Source of the DNA: a virus
Strand: one strand, 5' to 3'
IMG/VR virus record: IMGVR_UViG_3300045016_000140
Span: 1-64,000 of that record
Length of the DNA: 64,000 nt
The notes beneath the pieces were generated by a model that made no database searches, was not told the origin of the DNA, and was given only the letters and a program-made list of their open reading frames with translations. Positions 49,305 to 58,635 of the stretch are shown one piece after another (position 1 is the first letter of the stretch; every line of letters starts with the position of its first letter). The position numbers and the translations under genes were made by a program.

Positions 49305-49932
49305 TTACACCGCCGATGAATTGAAGAATTTTGAGAAAGATGTAATTGAAATATTTCGGGAAGGCATCTTACCTTTTGCGATTCATTTCTCAGATGGCAA
49401 CGAGGACCAGTTGATTGAGATCTTTAGGGAAATCAACGACGATGATTACGTCTTTTCGACCCACCGTTCCCATTACCATTATCTTCTAAAGGGCGGTCGG
49501 CGCGAAGATTTAATTGACAAGATCAAAAATTGTAAGAGTATGTATGTTTTTGACAGACGGATTAAGTTTATTACGTCATCCATTGTGGCTGGAACGTGTT
49601 GCATTGCCGCGGGTGTCGCTTTTAGCCTCAAGCTTAATGGCAGTCCGAATAAGGTATGGTGCTTTGTTGGAGACGGGGCGGAAGATGAAGGCCATTTCTA
49701 TGAAGCGGTGAGGTATGTGGAGAATATGCAATTACCATGTATTTTCATCATCGAGGATAATGATAGGAGCGTTGGCTCATCAAAAGAGTTACGTGGCAGT
49801 GCGTATTCTGTGCCTTGGCCTAAATGTGTCAGGCGATATCATTACGTTGCCACCATGCCCCATGGCGGCCCGGGTCTTAAGGAAGTAATTGCGTTTAACA
49901 AGGAAGTGGTAGATCGCTATGGAGTTCACTGA
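49297..49932 (+). CDS. ThDP-dependent enzyme, short E1-alpha-like subunit
   Basis: STHRSHYH, SSIVAG, GDGAEDEGHFYEA...FIIEDN ThDP motif. Confidence 0.88.
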   Translation: MFNYTADELKNFEKDVIEIFREGILPFAIHFSDGNEDQLIEIFREINDDDYVFSTHRSHYHYLLKGGRREDLIDKIKNCKSMYVFDRRIKFITSSIVAGTCCIAAGVAFSLKLNGSPNKVWCFVGDGAEDEGHFYEAVRYVENMQLPCIFIIEDNDRSVGSSKELRGSAYSVPWPKCVRRYHYVATMPHGGPGLKEVIAFNKEVVDRYGVH

Positions 49933-50650
49933 TAAAATTTACGCTCCAATTTGGGGAACTCATCTAGGCGATTGCATTATGACCTTGAATTATATTTCTA
50001 ATGAGAGCGAAGCCATAGGCAAATGTGTCCGACTATCCGATCATTACGTTAAATTCAACGCTGCTCGCGATATCGTTAAGCGGCGTGTTTGCCATAATTA
50101 CTATGAAATTGAGAAGATAATACAAAATGGCAAATTCCATATTGTTAAAGACGATCCAAATCATTGGTGTGACCGGAGCGAAAAGTCGTGGCATAAGTAT
50201 CGGCATAGGCCGTTCCTATTGAACAAACACCAGTTCGTCAAGAATAATTCTAGGCAAATTGGGTACCAATTTAGAGCAAGATCCAGAGCCAGTGTCAAGA
50301 ATTTTCCGAGCGTGGAGATAGAAAATCTGGTTCTAAAATCATTTGTTGACGCTGGTTTTACCCCGGTTATGTTGGGTGCTCCGATGACGCTCGATCAATG
50401 TTCACAAGCGATGTCGAAAGTGGAGATTTTCGTTGGCGTAATGAGTGGGATGGCATGGATTGCTGCGACGACGAGAACGCCAGCCATTATTGTTAGAAAT
50501 TCAATGCCATCATTTGCTATTTCACACATTATGGGATATCAATCATTCATCTTTTGTCAGGATTACGTTGAAGTGATTGATGCCATAAATAAATATGGCC
50601 AGAATCGTGATTATTATGATCAAAATTGTCATAAAATTGAGAAGGTGTAG
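49919..50650 (+). CDS. Putative glycosyltransferase (GT9/heptosyltransferase-like)
   Basis: HLGDCI N-terminal motif; FVGVMSGMAWIAA...TP C-terminal motif. Confidence 0.55.
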   Translation: MEFTDKIYAPIWGTHLGDCIMTLNYISNESEAIGKCVRLSDHYVKFNAARDIVKRRVCHNYYEIEKIIQNGKFHIVKDDPNHWCDRSEKSWHKYRHRPFLLNKHQFVKNNSRQIGYQFRARSRASVKNFPSVEIENLVLKSFVDAGFTPVMLGAPMTLDQCSQAMSKVEIFVGVMSGMAWIAATTRTPAIIVRNSMPSFAISHIMGYQSFIFCQDYVEVIDAINKYGQNRDYYDQNCHKIEKV

Positions 50651-50718
50651 TTGTGAAATTCTAATATTGCATTATGAGAACGTAGAATAATGTGCCAGCC
50701 CGCATGTATTTTTATGGT

Positions 50719-50976
50719 ATGAAAACAATCACTTTTAACGAAACAGTTGCGCTCCCGTTCTTTCGCAAATCCATAAAATACGCCGCTCAGGCTGGCTGGG
50801 GATTGGATCTTATTCGCCAGGCGTTTATTAAGTGCGGATGTGATAAATCTATAAATGGTTCGCCGCTCTCAAATAGCCATATTTCAAATTTTTTGCGTAA
50901 GAAACTGAATGTGCGCATGGTTAAAGCTTACGTAAAAAAGAATTATAAGGGCAAAAATTGGCGGTCATTTGTATAA
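50719..50976 (+). CDS. Small basic hypothetical protein
   Basis: ATG 50719 lies 13 nt after GTATTT. Confidence 0.55.
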   Translation: MKTITFNETVALPFFRKSIKYAAQAGWGLDLIRQAFIKCGCDKSINGSPLSNSHISNFLRKKLNVRMVKAYVKKNYKGKNWRSFV

Positions 50977-51184
50977 TTATAATATCTTAAATATCATATA
51001 TAATATTGGCCAGGGTGCCAGGTGTGCTTGTCAGGGTTAGGTTTTGAGTAGCAGCACCTGGCGTCTCCGTATATTGTAGGAATACAGTGACCACGTCTCC
51101 GTTGGATAAGTTGATGGTTGACGTAGCTTTGTGACTGCGCCGTATGCTAACGTTATTGTCTGATTGCTATATTTTATTTGAATA

Positions 51185-53110
51185 TTATCTAGGTGCTTTA
51201 ATGGTGTGTTTCCGGATTTTGGAGATGGGTATAGTTTGGTTTGAGGATATTAATTGTTTAGAGAACTTCGCTAATTCAGCTTCTACCGTTTCTTGTTTAT
51301 CCATTTGGAAATCCATGATGTTTGATGACAATGGCGGGAGAACATTCGGATCATTGCTTGAAATTGATAAGGCCTTTAGCTGTTCTTCTTTGGCCGGGCC
51401 AATATCGGCACTGATTCCCGGTAACATATTCATTGTTTTTGTGTTTGCCGGTATAAGCGCCATCGGGTCATTATCAGAGAAATCAGAGGCGGCCACGAAA
51501 GCCAGCCCGGCTGCTATTACGAGATCGTCGAAATTGCCCCTGCCTGGCTGTGCGCCAGTCTTATTGGTGTCATATCCAGTGGCAGTTCTTTGCCTAATAT
51601 ATAATTGTAATTGTTTCCATAGTCTATCGCTTCTAACTTTGTACCCGGCCTCTTCGTCTTCGGCTATATAAGTTATCAGTGCTTTGTTAATAGTTGGCTT
51701 TGACGCCTCGCTAGTATAGAAGCCAGTTTGTGCGCCGATTTTCTTTCGCCATAAATTCGGGTACATTAGGCTGTTTTCGATGTCTTGAATAACTCCTTCA
51801 CCGTAACTATTGCGTTCGACGCAGACGATGGCGTTGTTATAATATCTCCCGAGATAGTCAATTATATACGCTAACATTTTTAATTGTACTCTACCCATAT
51901 ATTCTGCCACTTGAGCCATTCCATCTATATCCCATATTGATATTGCCGAGTAATCGTTGTTCTTGCCGGTTGATACATCGACCCCTATTGTATATTTATG
52001 GCCTTTGTTGCCTCCCACCAATTTGCCATTCTGTAATTTTGGAGGTGTTCCTTTTATTGGTTCTTGCCATACCCATAATCCTTCGGTATCATCGATGCCT
52101 CGCATGTCTAATTCTATCTTATCGCCAGTTATTGGATGGTTATAAGTTATGGGTTGTGTTGAAGTTCTGGGGGTGTCTACCTCTTTGACGTGTTTACCAG
52201 CTGTCTTGATGGCTAGGGAGCTTAAGACCGTACCACCCGATCCTATGAATTCTCCCAATAGTTCTTGTTTGAATAGGTGGCTTTCACCTTTGGATGCTAG
52301 GGCTTTATATTCATTTTCTAGCCATGGCGACCAGTATGGCCCATATTTTTCTAGCTCTTCTTTTGCCATGCATTCTCGTATGTCATCTCTTGGGGCAATT
52401 CTAATTGTTTTCCCGGTCATTTTGTCTTTCCATGATAATATCCAATCCATATCCCACCAATTTATCTCTATTGGGCTAAATACTCCTAATCCTTCCTTGG
52501 CATTTACCCATTCCCCCCAATACCAGTTGCCAACGCCGCATGGTGTTGATATGACTATTACGCGCCCGCCGTGAGTTATTGTGCTCCAGCCGGATGCCCA
52601 TACGTGGTCCATGTCTGGGATGAATGCGGCTTCGTCTATTATATTAAGAGATGAGGCATTTGCTCTCAATGTGTTCTTGGAAGTTGTCAATGAACGTATT
52701 ATGGAGCCATTATTAAATCCAATTTCATGTTCATTTACTTTAGACAATTGCCATATATCGTGCATCCATGGCGGTAGGTAATCATATATAAACTTTATAT
52801 GCTTAGCCAGGAATTCCTTGGCGTCTAGGTCTCGCTTGGACATTATCAATATGGTCTTATCGCTGAACATCATCGCTGTCCATAGGGCATAAGCCCCGGA
52901 GAGAGTGCTAATCCCCAGCTGTCTACATTTTTTGAACAACACGAACCTATTCTGGGTGAACATGTCCAGAGAATGTTTCTGATAGCTGAATAGTTTAAAT
53001 GGCAATATCCCGGCATTTGAATGCTTAACCTTGCAGCATGACTGTATGAAATATGCCGGTGATTGCTTACATTTTGTTACAAATGCATATAGTTGTGTTT
53101 TGTCAATCAT
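51185..53110 (-). CDS. Terminase large subunit (gp17-like)
   Basis: PFKLFSYQ, KCRQLGIST, IIDEAAF, ISTPCG, IGVDVSTG...DYSA, VERN..G, GF.T, DDLVIA. Confidence 0.95.
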   Translation of the reverse strand: MIDKTQLYAFVTKCKQSPAYFIQSCCKVKHSNAGILPFKLFSYQKHSLDMFTQNRFVLFKKCRQLGISTLSGAYALWTAMMFSDKTILIMSKRDLDAKEFLAKHIKFIYDYLPPWMHDIWQLSKVNEHEIGFNNGSIIRSLTTSKNTLRANASSLNIIDEAAFIPDMDHVWASGWSTITHGGRVIVISTPCGVGNWYWGEWVNAKEGLGVFSPIEINWWDMDWILSWKDKMTGKTIRIAPRDDIRECMAKEELEKYGPYWSPWLENEYKALASKGESHLFKQELLGEFIGSGGTVLSSLAIKTAGKHVKEVDTPRTSTQPITYNHPITGDKIELDMRGIDDTEGLWVWQEPIKGTPPKLQNGKLVGGNKGHKYTIGVDVSTGKNNDYSAISIWDIDGMAQVAEYMGRVQLKMLAYIIDYLGRYYNNAIVCVERNSYGEGVIQDIENSLMYPNLWRKKIGAQTGFYTSEASKPTINKALITYIAEDEEAGYKVRSDRLWKQLQLYIRQRTATGYDTNKTGAQPGRGNFDDLVIAAGLAFVAASDFSDNDPMALIPANTKTMNMLPGISADIGPAKEEQLKALSISSNDPNVLPPLSSNIMDFQMDKQETVEAELAKFSKQLISSNQTIPISKIRKHTIKAPR

Positions 53111-53145
53111 ATTTTCTCCGGTAAATATATTTTATAGGAGGATAT

Positions 53146-53577
53146 ATGGCTGACACTACCAAGAATGAAGAATTAAAGACCATGCTGGACGAGTTGGATA
53201 AGCCGGAGACCATCTCCGATGTAGAACAACCCACTCCATTACCCACAGTATCTACCCCGCCTACATCTACAGATATAGAGGCGATGGTCAGCAATTTTAA
53301 TGACATTAAAAGTAAAATATTGAAGCAAATGGATGGCGATAGGGCCATGATTATGGAAAATATAAACTTTATAGCTGCAAAAGCGCAGGGAGATGATGCC
53401 AAGCAATGCCATATAGAGGGATTATGCTCATTATTAGCCACATTGGCTGGCACGAACGCTGATGGCGTAAAACTAATGGATTCTATGGCCAAAATGGTCT
53501 CGGCTTACAAGACGGTAGCTCCATCAATCGGTAAAGATAGCGTCAATTTGAGGGATTTGCTTAATTCTGAGATTTAG
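53146..53577 (+). CDS. Hypothetical helical protein, divergent from terminase (small-terminase candidate by position only)
   Basis: AGGAGG SD; TAAATATA motif. Confidence 0.6.
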   Translation: MADTTKNEELKTMLDELDKPETISDVEQPTPLPTVSTPPTSTDIEAMVSNFNDIKSKILKQMDGDRAMIMENINFIAAKAQGDDAKQCHIEGLCSLLATLAGTNADGVKLMDSMAKMVSAYKTVAPSIGKDSVNLRDLLNSEI

Positions 53578-53626
53578 TGAATAATTATTAATTCAAATTT
53601 ATTAATAAGGAGCCAAAGGAGCAGCC

Positions 53627-54775
53627 ATGGAATTCGTGGAAGCCATTAACAACATTCTAGAGGCATTTGAATCATTTCAGCCCGACGATGTTAAGAAGTA
53701 TAAGTTAATAGAGTTAATAGGGTCGGCGGATCGTCCTGGTGTGTTGCTTGGTCCGCGTAGTGTATGGGTTTTAAAGGATAAATTATCTGATCTAAATGCA
53801 GCCGCCGCGTGGTTTAAGGCATTTGAAGATATATGGGATCCAACTCCAGGAAAGTCCTATGCCAGGTTCTGGGCGAACACTATGGCGCGCGGGTTTAGTC
53901 TTGGCCATGATCTAGCGGCCATAGCGCGCGATCCGACGGCTGCGGAAGATTGTATTGCTATTAGAGAAGCGCTGGTTAAATTCGCGTCATTATCACGTAC
54001 GGCTAGATGGCCAGCTGATAAGCGCGACATAATGATGTATATTGGACAGCCAGCACAATTAATAAGGGACGTCGCACAAATTGAAACTGCTGAAATTCCA
54101 TTGAGTAAGCGGCAGGAACGACTGGCGGCCGAGAAATCTGGCATTGAGCAAGCCAGTCAGTTTATAAACAGTGGTTTTAAGATAGTTCTTGAACATCCAA
54201 TAATCGTTGGCAAAAGCGCATCGGCTATAATTCCGCCATATAAGGCTGGCGATCGTAATAAGGAGAATACCATATATTGGATTATTGAATTATCTGAGCC
54301 CGAGGCTTTGGCGTATTGGACTAGGGCAGAGACTAGTGGTGATACCACATGGTGCACAAAACATCTATATGATGAAGTGCATGATAAAGAAAGTTTCGAG
54401 AAATATAAACAATATCTTAACTATACATACCCAGCTTGGCATCCAAAGTCTGGCCAGACACGCCGTCTTGTAGCTTTTACAGCTGGCGACGAGTCGCTTG
54501 GATATCCACTTGTTGCTGCTCATTACTTGTCTACTGGTTCAGGCCCATTGTATCTGATATGCAGGAAAAATCTCGTCAATAATCCAGATGTTGCCAGTGG
54601 GTATCGGCTGCTACTCATCGCCAATCGGGAATATAAAAGCAAGGATAATTATCAGATGCGTCGTGTGAGTTGTACGTTTGATATGGCTCTGGCTGATTGG
54701 CGTAGATCTCATGGGCCAAGCAGCATTATTGGTAGTTTGCGAGAAATGTGCCATGATTATGAAGGTAGACTATAA
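53627..54775 (+). CDS. WCT-motif phage protein, paralogue of 21799..23207
   Basis: RDIMMY, EPEALAYW...TTWCT...YL...GPLYLI. Confidence 0.7.
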   Translation: MEFVEAINNILEAFESFQPDDVKKYKLIELIGSADRPGVLLGPRSVWVLKDKLSDLNAAAAWFKAFEDIWDPTPGKSYARFWANTMARGFSLGHDLAAIARDPTAAEDCIAIREALVKFASLSRTARWPADKRDIMMYIGQPAQLIRDVAQIETAEIPLSKRQERLAAEKSGIEQASQFINSGFKIVLEHPIIVGKSASAIIPPYKAGDRNKENTIYWIIELSEPEALAYWTRAETSGDTTWCTKHLYDEVHDKESFEKYKQYLNYTYPAWHPKSGQTRRLVAFTAGDESLGYPLVAAHYLSTGSGPLYLICRKNLVNNPDVASGYRLLLIANREYKSKDNYQMRRVSCTFDMALADWRRSHGPSSIIGSLREMCHDYEGRL

Positions 54776-54784
54776 GGTGAGCCA

Positions 54785-57343
54785 GTGGCTAATATTTTGC
54801 TTGAGAGAAAATTGTCGGTGCAGCCCGGAGACCTTATAGTTGTTCCCGGTCTCGAGCCAACGTCGGTATTAACATCTCCTGTTCTGGATCAACAATTAGC
54901 TTTGGCAGGATTGCAGGGAAAATGTACTGTGCCGTTGGCTATGGCGTTGCAGGCTGTGCCTGGTTCTAGGGTTGAATTCTTTGAAAATACTGGTAGGTTT
55001 AATAAATTCTTTGTGTTACCGCCGGTGGATTGTGCTGGCGGGCATAGTATTGATTGGTATGGAGTGTTAAGAGATGTCGCGGTGACCGGCGTACTACCGA
55101 TTTGGGAGAGTTCATCCTCATCCTATTCCAGTTCATTCTCGTCCTCCAGTTCGTCATTATCTTCCAATTCATCCTCGTTCTCGTCTAGTTCATCCTCCAG
55201 TTCATCATCTAGTTCATCCTTTAGCTCATCCTTATCTTCCAGTTCCTCGTCATCGAGCTCCAGTAGCAAATCAAGTAGTAGTAGCAGTTCTAGTTCCAAG
55301 TCTAGTAGCTCTAGTAGTTCTAGTAGCTCTAGTAGCTCTAGTAGCTCTAGTAGCTCTAGTAGCTCTAGTAGTTCTAGTAGTCGATCCAGTGCTTCTAGCT
55401 CCAGTTCTAGCAAATCAAGCTCTAGTTCTAGTAGCTCTAGTAGCTCTAGTAGTTCTAGTAGCTCTAGTAGCTCTAGTAGTCGATCTAGTGTTTCTAGCTC
55501 CAGTTCTAGCGGTTCTAGTGTTTCTAGCTCCAGTTCTAGCAAATCAAGCTCTAGTTCCAGTAGCTCTAGTAAATCTAGTAGTTCCAGTAGTTCCAGTAGT
55601 TCCAGTAAATCTAGTTCGAGTTCAAGCAGCTTGAGTTCTAGTAGCTCTAGTAGCTCTAGTATCTCTAGTAGCTCTAGTAAATCAAGCAGTTCTAGTAGTT
55701 CTAGTAAATCAAGTTCGAGTTCAAGCTCTAAATCGAGCAGTTCCAGTAGCTCTAGCAAATCTAGCAGTTCAAGCAGTTTGAGTTCCAGTAGCTCTAGTAA
55801 ATCAAGCAGTTCCAGTAGCTCTAGCAAATCTAGCAGTTCAAGCAGCTCGAGTGCATCCGGTGGAGGTGGATGGACTGACATTTCGCCGCCCGTAGGCGCT
55901 GTGGTCATCTATGTGTCGTCAAGCCTGGGCGATGATGGTGACACTGGTGGCATCGCCGATCCTGTGGCAACGATTGCTAAGGCGCTGACATTAGTCCGTG
56001 ATGGCTACCCGGACCAGATTCTATTGAAGTGTGGGGACACATGGTCTGAGACCCTGGAAGATTGGGACCTCAGCGGGCAGGATGCCACACACAGGTTCGT
56101 GGTGGCGACCTATGGATCAGGGGATAGGCCGATCTTGGAATGTGGGACCAATGCTGCCGTGACTCGTGGGGCTAATGTTCACGACGTGGCGTTTGTCGGC
56201 CTAGATTTCTATGCAGATACACGCGATCGCACGGTGCCGGGCTACAGCAATAATGGGGCCGACGGAGGCATCTATTGGCTTGGTAGCGCAACGAGGTTGT
56301 TGTTCGAGGACTGTGTAATCAGATGGTTCAAGGGCAACGCTATACAGGGCTACCCGACTACCTCCGATGTGGTCGCGGGCATCAGCTTCCGCCGTTGCAT
56401 GTTCCTGGACATGTGGTGTTCCGATGCCCACTCGCAGGGTTTGTACATGGGTTATCCCGGTGATGGGACTAGTGGCGGTCCAACGGACATCCTCATCGAG
56501 GAATGTCTATTTGATGGCTGTGGTTGGGCGTCCGACGCGTCGTTGCGATCGGCTTTCAATCATTCAATTTATTTAAACAATGCTTGCGGTCTTGACGACG
56601 CGATTGTCCGCAAGAATATTATCCTGCGTTCGTCTAGCCATGCCATGCAAGTCCGGGCCGGTGGAAGCACGACTGACAACTTATGTGTAAGCAATGCTAT
56701 CGGCATTCAAGTCGGAATTGGCGACGATCCTAATCCCGGAGGGGTTACGGGAACCATAACGGACAATGTGATCTTGGACGGGGAGGACATTGGTGCTACC
56801 CCGTTGGCATTTGGAATCGTCGGAGGCAACATCAGCACTCTATCTGCCACTGGCAATATCATCGCTCATGATCTATCCGCCGACCCTTACGGCCGGGGGT
56901 TTGATTTGGGCGATTCAATCGGTACAGTCTCAGATAACATAGTGTATGACTGGCGCAACCCAGTGCAGCACTACGGAGTCCCGGATGACATCGAGTACAG
57001 CAGCAATGAGTTCCAGGAAGTTGCCGCTGGCGAGGCTTTGGTATGGTTGGACAGCACCCAGGGCGGTGCGACGTTCGTTGGGAATAACTACTACTCGCCG
57101 TCGCTGCAGTGGTACGTCAACGGCAGTGTTCTAGATCAGAGCGATTGGGAGTTGATCGATACTACGGGGACGTTCGTGGAGCGTGCATATGTGAATCCGG
57201 ATATAAGTCTGGCTGATGTTTTGGGTGTGGCGGATACTGCTGCCGCTGCTGCGCTGTTGCGTTCACGTGGTCGGGGTGAATGGGATACGGATCAGACCGC
57301 TGTAGCGATTAATGCGGTGATCCGGGCTGGGTTCGTATATTGA
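54785..57343 (+). CDS. Poly-Ser stalk protein with C-terminal parallel beta-helix (pectate-lyase-like) domain
   Basis: ~250-residue Ser tract; IYVSSSLGDD...PVATIAKA...ILLKCGD.W, then beta-helix repeats (EECLFD, HSIY). Confidence 0.8.
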   Translation: MANILLERKLSVQPGDLIVVPGLEPTSVLTSPVLDQQLALAGLQGKCTVPLAMALQAVPGSRVEFFENTGRFNKFFVLPPVDCAGGHSIDWYGVLRDVAVTGVLPIWESSSSSYSSSFSSSSSSLSSNSSSFSSSSSSSSSSSSSFSSSLSSSSSSSSSSSKSSSSSSSSSKSSSSSSSSSSSSSSSSSSSSSSSSSSSRSSASSSSSSKSSSSSSSSSSSSSSSSSSSSSSRSSVSSSSSSGSSVSSSSSSKSSSSSSSSSKSSSSSSSSSSSKSSSSSSSLSSSSSSSSSISSSSSKSSSSSSSSKSSSSSSSKSSSSSSSSKSSSSSSLSSSSSSKSSSSSSSSKSSSSSSSSASGGGGWTDISPPVGAVVIYVSSSLGDDGDTGGIADPVATIAKALTLVRDGYPDQILLKCGDTWSETLEDWDLSGQDATHRFVVATYGSGDRPILECGTNAAVTRGANVHDVAFVGLDFYADTRDRTVPGYSNNGADGGIYWLGSATRLLFEDCVIRWFKGNAIQGYPTTSDVVAGISFRRCMFLDMWCSDAHSQGLYMGYPGDGTSGGPTDILIEECLFDGCGWASDASLRSAFNHSIYLNNACGLDDAIVRKNIILRSSSHAMQVRAGGSTTDNLCVSNAIGIQVGIGDDPNPGGVTGTITDNVILDGEDIGATPLAFGIVGGNISTLSATGNIIAHDLSADPYGRGFDLGDSIGTVSDNIVYDWRNPVQHYGVPDDIEYSSNEFQEVAAGEALVWLDSTQGGATFVGNNYYSPSLQWYVNGSVLDQSDWELIDTTGTFVERAYVNPDISLADVLGVADTAAAAALLRSRGRGEWDTDQTAVAINAVIRAGFVY
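55109..55858 (+). repeat. Ser-coding low-complexity array (agctctagt / agttcc units)
   Basis: Directly visible. Confidence 0.95.
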
Positions 57344-57470
57344 TCAGGCCAGTCGATGGAGTAATTCATAATGCAGATTAATGTCTATGATAGTGCAACG
57401 TTGCGTGAAGCATTAATCCGCATTGTGAAGTATTTGACGAGTTTTTTGATCGTTAATCACCAACTAGCTA

Positions 57471-57902
57471 TTAATCTTTTGCAATCTGGCAGATAGCTGA
57501 AAAGTGATCCATCTCATGCTGGATTATTCTGGCCTCTAGGCCTTCTGTTCGTATATTGTGTTTTATCCAGTTTTCGTCGTAATAGTTTACCGATATTGCT
57601 CTTGACCGTGAGACGCTGCCCGTCAATCCCGGGTATGATAAGCATCCTTCAATTCCGAGTACGTGTTGTGGGCTTGCCCAGACTATTTCAGGGTTAATTA
57701 TAAAATATCCGTATTTACGGTGTGTCCAGATGTATGCTACTTGTTCATTAATTCCTATTTGCGGGGCGGCTAGCCCCACGCCATTTGGCGTGCGTGCTAG
57801 GGCTTCTTTGATTCCATATATCCACGATATATCTGATTCTGGTTTGACCAGCATACTTGGTGTTTTGGGGAGTTGTGGCCCCATTAGTATTATTGGTGCC
57901 AT
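57471..57902 (-). CDS. def: Peptide deformylase
   Basis: GVGLAAPQIG, EGCLS, QHEMDH. Confidence 0.95.
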   Translation of the reverse strand: MAPIILMGPQLPKTPSMLVKPESDISWIYGIKEALARTPNGVGLAAPQIGINEQVAYIWTHRKYGYFIINPEIVWASPQHVLGIEGCLSYPGLTGSVSRSRAISVNYYDENWIKHNIRTEGLEARIIQHEMDHFSAICQIAKD

Positions 57903-57909
57903 GTTTGCC

Positions 57910-58572
57910 CTAATTTATTGGCTGGCCATACTTTCTTAGAAATACTTTGAGCTTGAATTTATCTGATGTACTTAAGCCTTTCCACAATACGATATTGTTG
58001 ATGAGTTTAGACATCCATGCTTTTACGATGTCGTTGGCTGACATGCTTGCTTTTTGGCGTGGCATGTTTTTAATTGTGTCTATTATGTCCATAAAGGTTT
58101 GGCTTGTGAGTCGTTGCTTGTCGAATTTAAAGAATGGTTGGATAATTTCGTCGGCATTGGCTATGTATTTTCTATGATTTGCGCCTATGCCAGCGAGCAC
58201 TACATGTATTATACCAGATAATATTACTATCGATACTAGTTCCATGCTATATAGTGATTTGTATTGTTGAAATGCGTTGTGCATATAAATGTTTTGCGCG
58301 GACAGTAATGCATTGATATCAATTGGTGGGTCTATGGTTATTTGTGAACCTATTATGATGCTCATTGGGTCTGCACCATGGAATGTATCGTTATAGTCAT
58401 CATATATGTTTCGAATCTGTGGGTCAGCAAGCTTGGCTGCGATTGCATTGATTTTATCGTTAGATAATTGTATTTCATGCGCCAAGTCAGTGCCAGTTAA
58501 TGTTATGCTATGTAGCCGATAATATGAATTTGGTGCGATAAACACATCATATTCGAAAGATAATTTGTACAT
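57910..58572 (-). CDS. Hypothetical protein
   Basis: ATG 58572 lies 12 nt after CAAAAATA on the minus strand; this start avoids overlap with portal. Confidence 0.6.
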   Translation of the reverse strand: MYKLSFEYDVFIAPNSYYRLHSITLTGTDLAHEIQLSNDKINAIAAKLADPQIRNIYDDYNDTFHGADPMSIIIGSQITIDPPIDINALLSAQNIYMHNAFQQYKSLYSMELVSIVILSGIIHVVLAGIGANHRKYIANADEIIQPFFKFDKQRLTSQTFMDIIDTIKNMPRQKASMSANDIVKAWMSKLINNIVLWKGLSTSDKFKLKVFLRKYGQPIN

Positions 58573-58623
58573 ATTATATTTTTGCCATTGTCTAGACGGG
58601 ACAAAGATTATTGTCTTTCCAAG

Positions 58624-58631
58624 TAAATATA
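58624..58631 (+). promoter_or_regulatory. Example of recurrent YAAAnnTA putative late promoter (portal)
   Basis: Same motif recurs upstream of more than a dozen mostly structural genes. Confidence 0.6.
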
Positions 58632-58635
58632 CTAT

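Noticed and set aside
47702-49932. Functional pyruvate dehydrogenase complex
   Set aside because: Both subunits are truncated, no E2/E3 is present, and the context is radical SAM plus glycosyltransferase.
55123-55908. 261-aa Leu/Glu ORF on the minus strand
   Set aside because: Antisense shadow of the Ser-coding repeat.
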